This document shows positions 56,377 to 64,000 of a DNA stretch of 64,000 bases, one piece after another (positions within the stretch are counted from its first letter, which is position 1; every line of letters begins with the position of its first letter). The DNA is from Escherichia phage Es2. Position numbers and translations under genes: made by a program. The stretch lies in the sequence record OR515477.1; one strand, written 5' to 3'. The notes under the pieces were generated by a model, which worked only from the letters and a program-made list of their open reading frames with translations, ran no database searches and was not told the origin of the DNA.

Positions 56377-56483
56377 TCTTTTGAATAACTTAATAATTAG
56401 GTCGGAATTTCCTCTAGCTAGTAAGTATAGCTTTTCATAATCGAAGAATTTAATTTTTGTTTTCTCCTCGAATTTATGTATAT

Positions 56484-56513
56484 ATTATACTAGATTTCGA
56501 GAGAATTTAGCAA
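56484..56513 (-). promoter_or_regulatory. sigma70-type early promoter (minus strand)
   Basis: On minus strand TTGCTA, 18 bp spacer, TATAAT; a second copy of the -10 region lies near 56575. Confidence 0.45.
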
Positions 56514-56596
56514 CTAAAATTTTTATTTTTCTGCTTCGGACTTTCTTATCAATCCGAAACTTTCTCTCTCAAATTTATGTATATATTATACATCAT

Positions 56597-57949
56597 TTAT
56601 GAGCTGTTGCCAAATGCAATTTTAGCTAATTGAACTGCTTTCTCCGGAGTCATGGTAATAGTTTTCCACCCGTTGTTACGATATACTGCCATACGTCCAG
56701 AAGCCTGTCTTAGTCCAGTGCCCCCTTTCATAATTAGATCTACAACAATAGGGTCGAGTTTACCTTCGACAATACGTTGAACACGGCCTGCAAGCTGTTC
56801 AATGAGAGATTCATTATTAATGAGGCTTCCCATTATTAAACAAGACAACTCATTAAGAGAAATACCTTCAGAGAAGATGCTCTGAGCTGCTGCAAGTACA
56901 CAAGGTCCACCTTTTGCTATATCTTCCTGGATTTTTAATCGGTCATCTAAGTGGGTTGCCCCTATAATTTCATATGTTGTAACACCACGCTGTGCAAGAG
57001 CTTCTAATACTGTTTGGATTAACTCTGTTCTATCGCTTACAATGAGTACTTTATGCCCCATATTCACGTATAAATGTGCTAGATTTATAATAGTCTCTCG
57101 GTATTCAGGATGATTATATACATCGTTAGCACGTAATGCCCATGGTACGTTTTGGTTCCCTGATAACTCAACAGGTACGGAATACCTATGGATTGTAGGT
57201 GCAACAGTATTATTAACCGGTGGGCTAAAGATCTTATATCCAAAGAAATCTTTGAACATAACTTGTAGACCATCTTTTCTTTTTAATGTACCGGATAGTC
57301 CAATCTTATAGCGAGCACAGGATATTTCTAGGAAGTTAGTGAAAGTTGTAGCCACACAATGGTGAACTTCATCAACTATAACAGTACCGAATACTTTAGA
57401 AAGATTATTCGCATGTTTATTCACTGTTTGAATATTACTAACCACAATTGGTGGATCAATATTGTATTTCCCAGAACCTATGATACCTGGTTCAAACCCA
57501 AACCATTTACGAACCTCTGCCGCCCACATTTCACGAATAGATGTGTTGGTACAAATTACCAAAGTTTTTTGGCCAAATTTATACGCAAGTGCAAGGGCTA
57601 AGATAGTTTTACCAAATCCTGGCTTACCATTAATAATACAGGTATCATCGCACTCTTCATATATTGGGAGCTGGTCTTCTTCACGTAGCTTGAACTTAGG
57701 TTTTGGTATATCTACCGGAGCTAATGTACGTTTATCTACTAATTCGTATTTTACTCCTTTAGCATCTAGTAAGTCCAGACGCGTAATAGGAATCCACTTA
57801 ATCTCTTTGGCAACAACACCACTATTCTTATACATAATAGGGTATTTACTAGTCATTGTCTCAATGTGATAAGTGGTTTGTTTACTACAATAATCCCAAA
57901 GTTCATCATCGGGCTTGAAATAGGCTTTATTAGATATAACAACCTTCAT
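56597..57949 (-). CDS. SF2 DNA helicase, D10-like
   Basis: 450 aa; Walker A GKPGFGKT and DEVH box. Confidence 0.65.
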   Translation of the reverse strand: MKVVISNKAYFKPDDELWDYCSKQTTYHIETMTSKYPIMYKNSGVVAKEIKWIPITRLDLLDAKGVKYELVDKRTLAPVDIPKPKFKLREEDQLPIYEECDDTCIINGKPGFGKTILALALAYKFGQKTLVICTNTSIREMWAAEVRKWFGFEPGIIGSGKYNIDPPIVVSNIQTVNKHANNLSKVFGTVIVDEVHHCVATTFTNFLEISCARYKIGLSGTLKRKDGLQVMFKDFFGYKIFSPPVNNTVAPTIHRYSVPVELSGNQNVPWALRANDVYNHPEYRETIINLAHLYVNMGHKVLIVSDRTELIQTVLEALAQRGVTTYEIIGATHLDDRLKIQEDIAKGGPCVLAAAQSIFSEGISLNELSCLIMGSLINNESLIEQLAGRVQRIVEGKLDPIVVDLIMKGGTGLRQASGRMAVYRNNGWKTITMTPEKAVQLAKIAFGNSS

Positions 57950-58443
57950 AATTTTATTCTAAGTCTAGGAATTTCAGGCTCCTCTTGATGGACTTGATAA
58001 ATAACAGGGCTATTATTTACCAGAATATAGCTTATATAAGCTGGAACATAAGATAATACAAATGGATATGGAACTTTAGCCACATAGCATTGGTATTTTC
58101 CATTATAGATTCTAGCTGAATGCAAAACTTTAGAGGTGACAACATCATAGAACGTAGTTTTCTTCCAGTTAATAAGATTTCCATCAGAATCTATAAATTG
58201 GCTACGCTTTGACCCAACTAATTGAGACAACATTGATATTCTACCTCTAATAGGATAGAGCTTATATGGTAATTCTTTCCGTTTCTCAAATAGAATAAGC
58301 CTACGTTGAGAAAAAGTGCCAGGCAACTTCCTGTTATCTAGCACATATTTATTATATCTTGTTGTAATTACGGAATAATCACCTTCTTGCTCAATTGATA
58401 CGAACGCCCGTAAAGCATATACGGGCAATTTGAAATCAAGCAC
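57946..58443 (-). CDS. hypothetical protein (165 aa)
   Basis: ORF between polymerase and helicase genes. Confidence 0.4.
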   Translation of the reverse strand: MLDFKLPVYALRAFVSIEQEGDYSVITTRYNKYVLDNRKLPGTFSQRRLILFEKRKELPYKLYPIRGRISMLSQLVGSKRSQFIDSDGNLINWKKTTFYDVVTSKVLHSARIYNGKYQCYVAKVPYPFVLSYVPAYISYILVNNSPVIYQVHQEEPEIPRLRIKL

Positions 58444-61003
58444 CGAGAATCCTTCTCACGTTATCCAGATCTTTACATACAGCAATAAACTTATCATCCT
58501 TGTACTTGCTATGATCTGGATGCTCTTTATCCATTGCAGCTAGTTTCTTATACTCGAACTCTACATCAAGTAATACACCCTTGACATAACGAGTGTATTC
58601 ATCATCATCAATACAAGCGATTGATGGATGCTGCTTCTTCATCTTACCACAAGAGTAGTCACGAGAACCTCCAGCTTCAGAATCAGAATCAATACCAATC
58701 GGACAACCAGGAATACTGATACCACGGTCTTTCTGAATATTACGAATCAGGATTTCATTGTATTGGTCGATCAAGTCTTCACGAACAATAGCAACTACGG
58801 AGTCATGAACCAGCATAACAATCTTCATCTCTTGTTCTAGGCCAAGAGAAATGATCTCATTGTCTGCATCTACAGCACCTAAAAGGAGGCTATCAGAAGA
58901 AGCAGACTGAATGATTGCGTTAAATCCAGAACGGATTTCTTCACCCTGAACACCACGGTCTTCGGAGTGGATATTATGCAGACGACGTTTACGACCAAAG
59001 TGACTGTAGATAAATCCATGATTCTTGATCTGATCGTGGCACTTATCAATCCAACGTTTAAGCTGTGGGAACTGACCGAAGTACGTTTCAATGTACTCTT
59101 TAGCATCTGCAACAGTACACTCCACAAATGGTTCACCTGTCTTAGCAGCTTGTTCCAGAAGAGCTTCATTAACAGAATGAGCTACTTTAGCCGGGCCAGA
59201 ACCGTACAAAATACCGAAGGTGATTGCCTTAGCGGCCTGACGTAGTGCTGGGAACAACTTCTTAACATCACGAGGTTCGCATTGGAGCTTAAATACCATG
59301 TGTGCGATGTTAGAGTGGAAGTCAGGGTATTTATCAGGCTCATTTCTCATGTTGATAAATACTTGTTGCATATTTCTATCCCCAGATAGAACAGCAGCAT
59401 AATAAACTTCCGCAGTTGTTAAGTCCCATGCGATTACACGATACCCGGGAGGAGCTACTACACAACCCTTGATAATAGATTCATCACGAGGTAACTGTTG
59501 AAGGTTCAGTTTACCAGAAGAACTCAGACGACCAGAAGTAGTCATGTGTTCGTGGAAGCCAGTACGAATGCAACCATCAGCATCAATGCTCAGAAGAATC
59601 TTCTCAACGTAAGTGGAGATCAGCTTAGTCAGCTTACGAATCTCTAGCAGAGTTTTAGCGATTGGATGCTGCGTAGACAGTTCGTTCAGAGCTTCTGCAT
59701 CTGTAGAGTCCGCTCCAGTATCTGTCAATTTACCTGTTGGAGTTAAGCCAACATAATCAAACAGAAGAACACGTAGTTGCTTAACAGAGTTTGGGTTAAA
59801 CGCCTCGTTCTGGTCTTTTTCTAGCTGAACGACTTCTGGATAAGTATACAGTTTCTCACGAGCCTTATTCAGGTTATGGGTTAACTGGTACTGTGCTTCT
59901 TTCAAGCGATCAATAGAAATTGGTACACCGCGATCTTCAACACGTTGCAGGAACACGCAACCAGGCATCAAAACATCGTAGTATAGACTGCAAAGTTTTT
60001 CATTCTTCTCAATTTTTGGTAAGAAGAAGTTGTGCAAACGTATGGTGGCATCGGTATCTTTTGCAGCGTAAGGCCACATAATATCAAACGGAATTAAATC
60101 ATAGGTGAAATCTTCTTTCTTGATTTTATGTGCTTTGCAGTAATCCTCCTTGAACTTATCTAGTTCAAAGTCATAGTCGCCCATATCGGTATACTTCATT
60201 GCTAGAGATTTCAAGCCATGAGTACCACGACGCTCATCTAGAACATAATGCTGCAACATGGTATCATGGAGCCTGCGTTCTTTATGTGCTTTATCAAAGG
60301 TAAGTCCCAGATGGTACTTATAAAAGTGCATATCAAACTTCAAGTTGTGAAAAACAATAGTGTGGTTTTCACTATCCAGAATTTTCTGGAGATAATATAC
60401 TGCAACCTCTGTGAGACAATCAGAATCGATATACACACCCTGATACTCTTGGTGAGACATAGAAACACCAAGCAGATAACCATCTCGACAGTATAGTGCT
60501 GAGGTTTCGGAGTCGAATGCGACAGGTCCGATAACCATATTATACACCATCTTGATATATTCTTCCGCCTCATCAGGGTCAGTAATAGGGCGGTAATCAC
60601 CAGCTTTTGCAATCTTCTCGCGACCATTGATAATATCGTGGATATTTTCTACTGTTGCATCGAAAACTGGTTTCATTTCAGGTTTAAAGTGTAGCTGGGC
60701 TGGGCTGATACTCGCAATCCAGTTAGCATATCCATTATATTCTACACGTTTACCAGTATAGTCACCAATGCCTTTCTTACCTGCGAAATACAGGAAAGGT
60801 TCAGCACCTACTAGTATAACAAAATCGTAATCATTCGGATCAAATGGGTTTTCTGGTGTTCCAATAGTAATGTGCTTTTTAAGCAAACGACCAGATAACT
60901 TCTCGTTACACATATGGAATACATCAACTTCCTCACCGTATAGCTGGAAGTGTTTATCGTAACGAGTGTTATTTAGAGCTTTATCAACTACTGCGATTTT
61001 CAA
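58436..61003 (-). CDS. DNA polymerase, family A, with 3'-5' exonuclease domain
   Basis: 855 aa, same size as T5 DNA polymerase (from memory); exonuclease and Pol A palm segments recognisable. Confidence 0.8.
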   Translation of the reverse strand: MKIAVVDKALNNTRYDKHFQLYGEEVDVFHMCNEKLSGRLLKKHITIGTPENPFDPNDYDFVILVGAEPFLYFAGKKGIGDYTGKRVEYNGYANWIASISPAQLHFKPEMKPVFDATVENIHDIINGREKIAKAGDYRPITDPDEAEEYIKMVYNMVIGPVAFDSETSALYCRDGYLLGVSMSHQEYQGVYIDSDCLTEVAVYYLQKILDSENHTIVFHNLKFDMHFYKYHLGLTFDKAHKERRLHDTMLQHYVLDERRGTHGLKSLAMKYTDMGDYDFELDKFKEDYCKAHKIKKEDFTYDLIPFDIMWPYAAKDTDATIRLHNFFLPKIEKNEKLCSLYYDVLMPGCVFLQRVEDRGVPISIDRLKEAQYQLTHNLNKAREKLYTYPEVVQLEKDQNEAFNPNSVKQLRVLLFDYVGLTPTGKLTDTGADSTDAEALNELSTQHPIAKTLLEIRKLTKLISTYVEKILLSIDADGCIRTGFHEHMTTSGRLSSSGKLNLQQLPRDESIIKGCVVAPPGYRVIAWDLTTAEVYYAAVLSGDRNMQQVFINMRNEPDKYPDFHSNIAHMVFKLQCEPRDVKKLFPALRQAAKAITFGILYGSGPAKVAHSVNEALLEQAAKTGEPFVECTVADAKEYIETYFGQFPQLKRWIDKCHDQIKNHGFIYSHFGRKRRLHNIHSEDRGVQGEEIRSGFNAIIQSASSDSLLLGAVDADNEIISLGLEQEMKIVMLVHDSVVAIVREDLIDQYNEILIRNIQKDRGISIPGCPIGIDSDSEAGGSRDYSCGKMKKQHPSIACIDDDEYTRYVKGVLLDVEFEYKKLAAMDKEHPDHSKYKDDKFIAVCKDLDNVRRILGA

Positions 61004-61096
61004 ATTTAATCTCCTCTTGGTAAGTAAGTATAACTTCAGTGTTTCTTCTCTAACTTACCAATATATTATATCAAAGTATTAGGATAATAGCAAATA

Positions 61097-61426
61097 CTAT
61101 TTATATGTGTGTAGTAGTTTAAGCATTTCGTTGCGCTGCTTTTCTACTGCCTTAAGTTCTTCATCTATGCGCAAGAAAGCTCCGAGTACTTTCATAGATT
61201 GCTCAGTATTTTCTACAACAGCCCAATCATACGTTAGATATACCTCTTGACCAGTATCTTTTACTATAAAGTAAATATATGATGCTGGTAATTTAGAGTC
61301 TCCAAATAGATGGAAATCCTTTCGTTTATTAAGGGATTCTAGTACCGTAAACCGTTCTAATTCCACTCTTTCATGTGTTGTACTGTCGTATACTGGAACA
61401 TCCTCATAAATATATACATATTCCAT
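61097..61426 (-). CDS. hypothetical protein (109 aa)
   Basis: RBS GAGGAG upstream; own promoter. Confidence 0.45.
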   Translation of the reverse strand: MEYVYIYEDVPVYDSTTHERVELERFTVLESLNKRKDFHLFGDSKLPASYIYFIVKDTGQEVYLTYDWAVVENTEQSMKVLGAFLRIDEELKAVEKQRNEMLKLLHTYK

Positions 61427-61453
61427 AGTGACTCCTCAGTTATTTATGAAAAT

Positions 61454-61483
61454 ATTATACCAAATCTTTGAGCGATTCAGCAA
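61454..61483 (-). promoter_or_regulatory. sigma70-type early promoter (minus strand)
   Basis: On minus strand TTGCTG, 18 bp spacer, TATAAT, then RBS and ATG at 61426. Confidence 0.5.
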
Positions 61484-62345
61484 CTAAAATTTCAATACGT
61501 TTTGCTAACATATCAATTTCATCTTTGTTTAAATCCCCAGGATCTTTACCTTCAGGCAGAAGAAAGTTAGCAACTACAGGTGTTAAACGCGTTTTTGTAC
61601 GAATTAACTTGGCCAATGCTTGTGCAGCCTTATTACCAGAAGCATCATTATCTAGTAAGATAACAACAACTTTAACACCAGCAATAATATAAGGACTGAA
61701 CTTATCTGCAATGTTATCCGAGGTAAACTGATGTGTACCAAAGCAGCAAGAAGCATAGTCTATACCATTATCCTCTAGGTTCAGCATATCAAAGATACCT
61801 TCAACTAGAATAAGAACTGGAGTATTATATCGTACAGGGAAAATCGGTGGTGAAACTTGTTTTGGTTTTACTAAGTATTTAGGAGGGGCAGAACTGTTTA
61901 TAGAACGACCCAAAAATAGGATATTGCGTCCAACAGCATCTGTGATTGGGAATACAATTCTGCCTTCCCAGTCTGCTTGGTGTTGGAAAGCAAAATATTT
62001 CTTCAAGGTCTTAGAACTTATACCTCGGAAATCACCTTCGAAAAGGTAAGCAGATTCAGGAATTGCAAGATTCGTAGATCCATTCCTAATCTCTGAAATC
62101 TTTTTACGTACCTGCGATAGCCTTGGGGACTGTCGGTACTGAGTCTCATTAAAATAATGGTAAATGCTCGGTATACCTTTACCGAAGCCACAACTCAAGC
62201 AGTGCATAATACCTGTTTCAGGATCAATACGCAAACTTGGGTGTTTATCGTCATGATCTGGATTGAGACAACAGATGAGGATGTCCCCACCTGTGTCTTT
62301 ATATTCAATGCCTTTCAGATCAAGTAGTTCTGTTATTCTACTCAT
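61455..62345 (-). CDS. DNA primase (DnaG-like, zinc finger plus TOPRIM)
   Basis: 296 aa; C-x-x-H...C-x-x-C zinc finger CCLNPDHDDKHPS...CLSCG and TOPRIM-like LVEGIFD. Confidence 0.6.
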   Translation of the reverse strand: MSRITELLDLKGIEYKDTGGDILICCLNPDHDDKHPSLRIDPETGIMHCLSCGFGKGIPSIYHYFNETQYRQSPRLSQVRKKISEIRNGSTNLAIPESAYLFEGDFRGISSKTLKKYFAFQHQADWEGRIVFPITDAVGRNILFLGRSINSSAPPKYLVKPKQVSPPIFPVRYNTPVLILVEGIFDMLNLEDNGIDYASCCFGTHQFTSDNIADKFSPYIIAGVKVVVILLDNDASGNKAAQALAKLIRTKTRLTPVVANFLLPEGKDPGDLNKDEIDMLAKRIEILVAESLKDLV

Positions 62346-63811
62346 ATATCGCTGGCCTGTTCACCTGTTGAATTTTCAGTTTTGTCTTTCTTAGCACGTT
62401 TAGGTTGAGCCGGCTTATCCTTCTCAATAGGGATAACGAACTCAGCTTCCATTTGAGATATATCTTCCATTGCTAGGTTGGTAGTGTTATCCATCCGCAA
62501 GGTTTCCCAGTTCATTTTAGGCATAAACTTCACGCTATCAGAAGAACGAGTCTTAACGAAGTCAAACATAATAGCACCTTGACCATTATCAGCTTTTGCA
62601 GCATTAAGATTAGCCGCCATGTCTGCAGAATCAAGAATACCCTTTGACATACGTGTTCTACCATCTTGATCGATCTGGTAAGGAGCTACACCAGCCACGT
62701 TATGTTTCTGGCAGATAGATTTGAAAGACGAGCTAACAACCATCTGTTCTTTCCAGTCATACATATCAATGGTTTTAGAGTCTGGAAGTCGGGTTTGGTT
62801 AATATAGTCCAGTAAAGCTACTGTAACTTTATCACCATATCTAGCAACTAATTTATTTAATTCTACGTCAACTGTTGTAATGGACAGTTCAGGGTCATAA
62901 ACGATAATCATAGGAGTATGTAGTTCATATCCTTCTATTAGCTTACTCTCCATATCGTAGAAATCACTCATCTTAGCCATTGTGTACTGTTTAACGAAGT
63001 TGTCGAAAAGCTCTTCACCACCATTAAACATTCTAGCTCTAGTTCTGGCTAATCTCAACAGAGCTGCACCTTCTAGAGTATTATTACGCATTGCTAATGC
63101 TGATACACCAGCTAACATGGCTAGATTACGTCTAAATACTTCATGTTCTTTCATCTCAATTGAGAAGTATGGAGCAATATCCCCATTCAAATATTGCTGA
63201 ACCTGTATGTTTGAACAGATAATGGATTTACCAGTACCACGCCAACCACCAAGCAGTAACGTTTCTGTGCGAGCTAAACCGATTTGAGCGTCGAACTCAT
63301 TACAAATACCAAGAGCGATTAAGTTCAGTTTGGTATCTTCTTCTCTCTGGAAAATACGCATGTTATCTGCGTTGAATACTTTTCCAGTATTCGTTACTTT
63401 CTCTTCTAATTTTAAGTGAAGGGAGGCAACTCGGTTGAGAATTTCTCCCTGATCCAGCATTGTTAAATCTTGAAGCACGTCTGTTTCTAGAAGCTTCAGG
63501 AATAAATCCTGTGTATATTCGGCTTCTAGGACTTCAAGTGCCTGTTCCATGCTCACTTCTGGAATTTGAGTGTTAGCTAAGACGACTAGAGCTTGAGAAA
63601 GGCGGGCGTTCCTATTAGCTTCAAGCATAAGTGCGTCAATGGACGGCATTGTGTTATATTTTTTATAATAATTCTGGACGGCTTGGTAAATTGAGGAGAA
63701 AGCGTCATTAAAATGATCTTTATGCAGTTTTGAGAATGTTTCCAATGCTATTTGCTTCTGTTCGGAAGCTAGAAGCATCTTCAACACTACAGCTTGCACG
63801 TTAAACAAGGT
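62342..63811 (-). CDS. DnaB-like replicative helicase
   Basis: P-loop GGWRGTGKS; start uncertain (ATG at 63811 or 63865, the latter overlaps an upstream hairpin). Confidence 0.5.
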   Translation of the reverse strand, partial: TLFNVQAVVLKMLLASEQKQIALETFSKLHKDHFNDAFSSIYQAVQNYYKKYNTMPSIDALMLEANRNARLSQALVVLANTQIPEVSMEQALEVLEAEYTQDLFLKLLETDVLQDLTMLDQGEILNRVASLHLKLEEKVTNTGKVFNADNMRIFQREEDTKLNLIALGICNEFDAQIGLARTETLLLGGWRGTGKSIICSNIQVQQYLNGDIAPYFSIEMKEHEVFRRNLAMLAGVSALAMRNNTLEGAALLRLARTRARMFNGGEELFDNFVKQYTMAKMSDFYDMESKLIEGYELHTPMIIVYDPELSITTVDVELNKLVARYGDKVTVALLDYINQTRLPDSKTIDMYDWKEQMVVSSSFKSICQKHNVAGVAPYQIDQDGRTRMSKGILDSADMAANLNAAKADNGQGAIMFDFVKTRSSDSVKFMPKMNWETLRMDNTTNLAMEDISQMEAEFVIPIEKDKPAQPKRAKKDKTENSTGEQASDI

Positions 63812-63850
63812 CATTCTCCTTTGCACGCTTTCGTGCCTTCTAAATGCAAA

Positions 63851-63880
63851 AAGGGGAAGGAGCATAGCCCCCTCCCCTTA
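63851..63880 (-). terminator. putative terminator (minus strand)
   Basis: On minus strand AAGGGGA...TCCCCTT hairpin followed by TTTTGCATTT. Confidence 0.35.
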
Positions 63881-63896
63881 GGTTTAATTTACCAGA

Positions 63897-64000
63897 TTAT
63901 TCAGCAGCCGCAGCTTTTGCATCCAGTTTAGCACGCTTAGCGGCACCATCATAGTCCTTAGCAACCAGACCACGACGAGACAGCATAGATTTAACACCGC
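63897..64000 (-). CDS. 3' end of a gene continuing beyond window
   Basis: Open frame on minus strand ending ...KRAKLDAKAAAAE-stop; only 34 codons visible. Confidence 0.3.
   Translation of the reverse strand, partial: GVKSMLSRRGLVAKDYDGAAKRAKLDAKAAAAE

Noticed and set aside
58436-61003. Intein or intron inside the DNA polymerase gene
   Set aside because: The ORF is uninterrupted and its 855 aa length matches a T5-type polymerase as recalled; no extra insert-sized segment or splicing-motif block is visible.
1-64000. tRNA genes, expected because T5 carries a tRNA cluster
   Set aside because: Intergenic gaps were inspected for cloverleaf-compatible segments with a GTTCRANYC T-loop and none was found; the T5 tRNA cluster would lie in a part of the genome outside this window.

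Overview
This window reads as a contiguous piece of a T5-like (Demerecviridae-type) lytic siphophage genome with a ~38-40% GC backbone, apparently spanning a genome-end or terminal-repeat junction. All functional calls rest on motifs visible in the translations plus gene order and protein sizes compared with phage T5 as recalled from memory; no database search was possible. Layout: (i) 1-10.96 kb, + strand early block: 5'-truncated ClpP-like protease, T4-t-type holin, M15 endolysin, two calcineurin-like phosphatases, a thioredoxin-like protein and ~20 small ORFs behind repeated TTGCTx-17-TATAAT promoters. (ii) 10.97-12.7 kb, non-coding repeat-dense region with a candidate small RNA, a 14-mer array, TTCTAGAA palindromes and an ATTCTCATTTAGAAAG array, resembling a T5 injection-stop/terminal-repeat control region. 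(iii) 12.3-15.7 kb, a ~3.1 kb higher-GC (~45-50%) cassette of minus-strand small genes, bounded by ~130 bp inverted repeats that each carry DnaA-box-like and LexA-box-like sites; this is the strongest candidate for an undescribed module. (iv) 15.8-21.7 kb, an HNH homing endonuclease and pre-early (first-step-transfer) type genes, including an A1-like metallophosphatase and a Dmp-like HAD 5'-deoxyribonucleotidase, each behind a conserved AATCCCTTAAAT leader. (v) 21.8-23.3 kb, tandem overlapping small membrane-protein paralogs and an Llp-like lipoprotein. (vi) 23.4-50.4 kb, + strand late module: pb5-like receptor-binding protein, terminase, HNH, portal, decoration protein, protease, capsid, tail tube, tape measure, distal tail protein, baseplate hub, pb4-like protein and a two-gene L-shaped tail fibre with tandem repeats and an S74 chaperone domain. 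(vii) 50.5-64 kb, minus-strand replication module: dUTPase, flap endonuclease, SbcCD-like proteins, two helicases, family-A DNA polymerase and primase. No tRNA, rRNA, CRISPR array or integrase was found.
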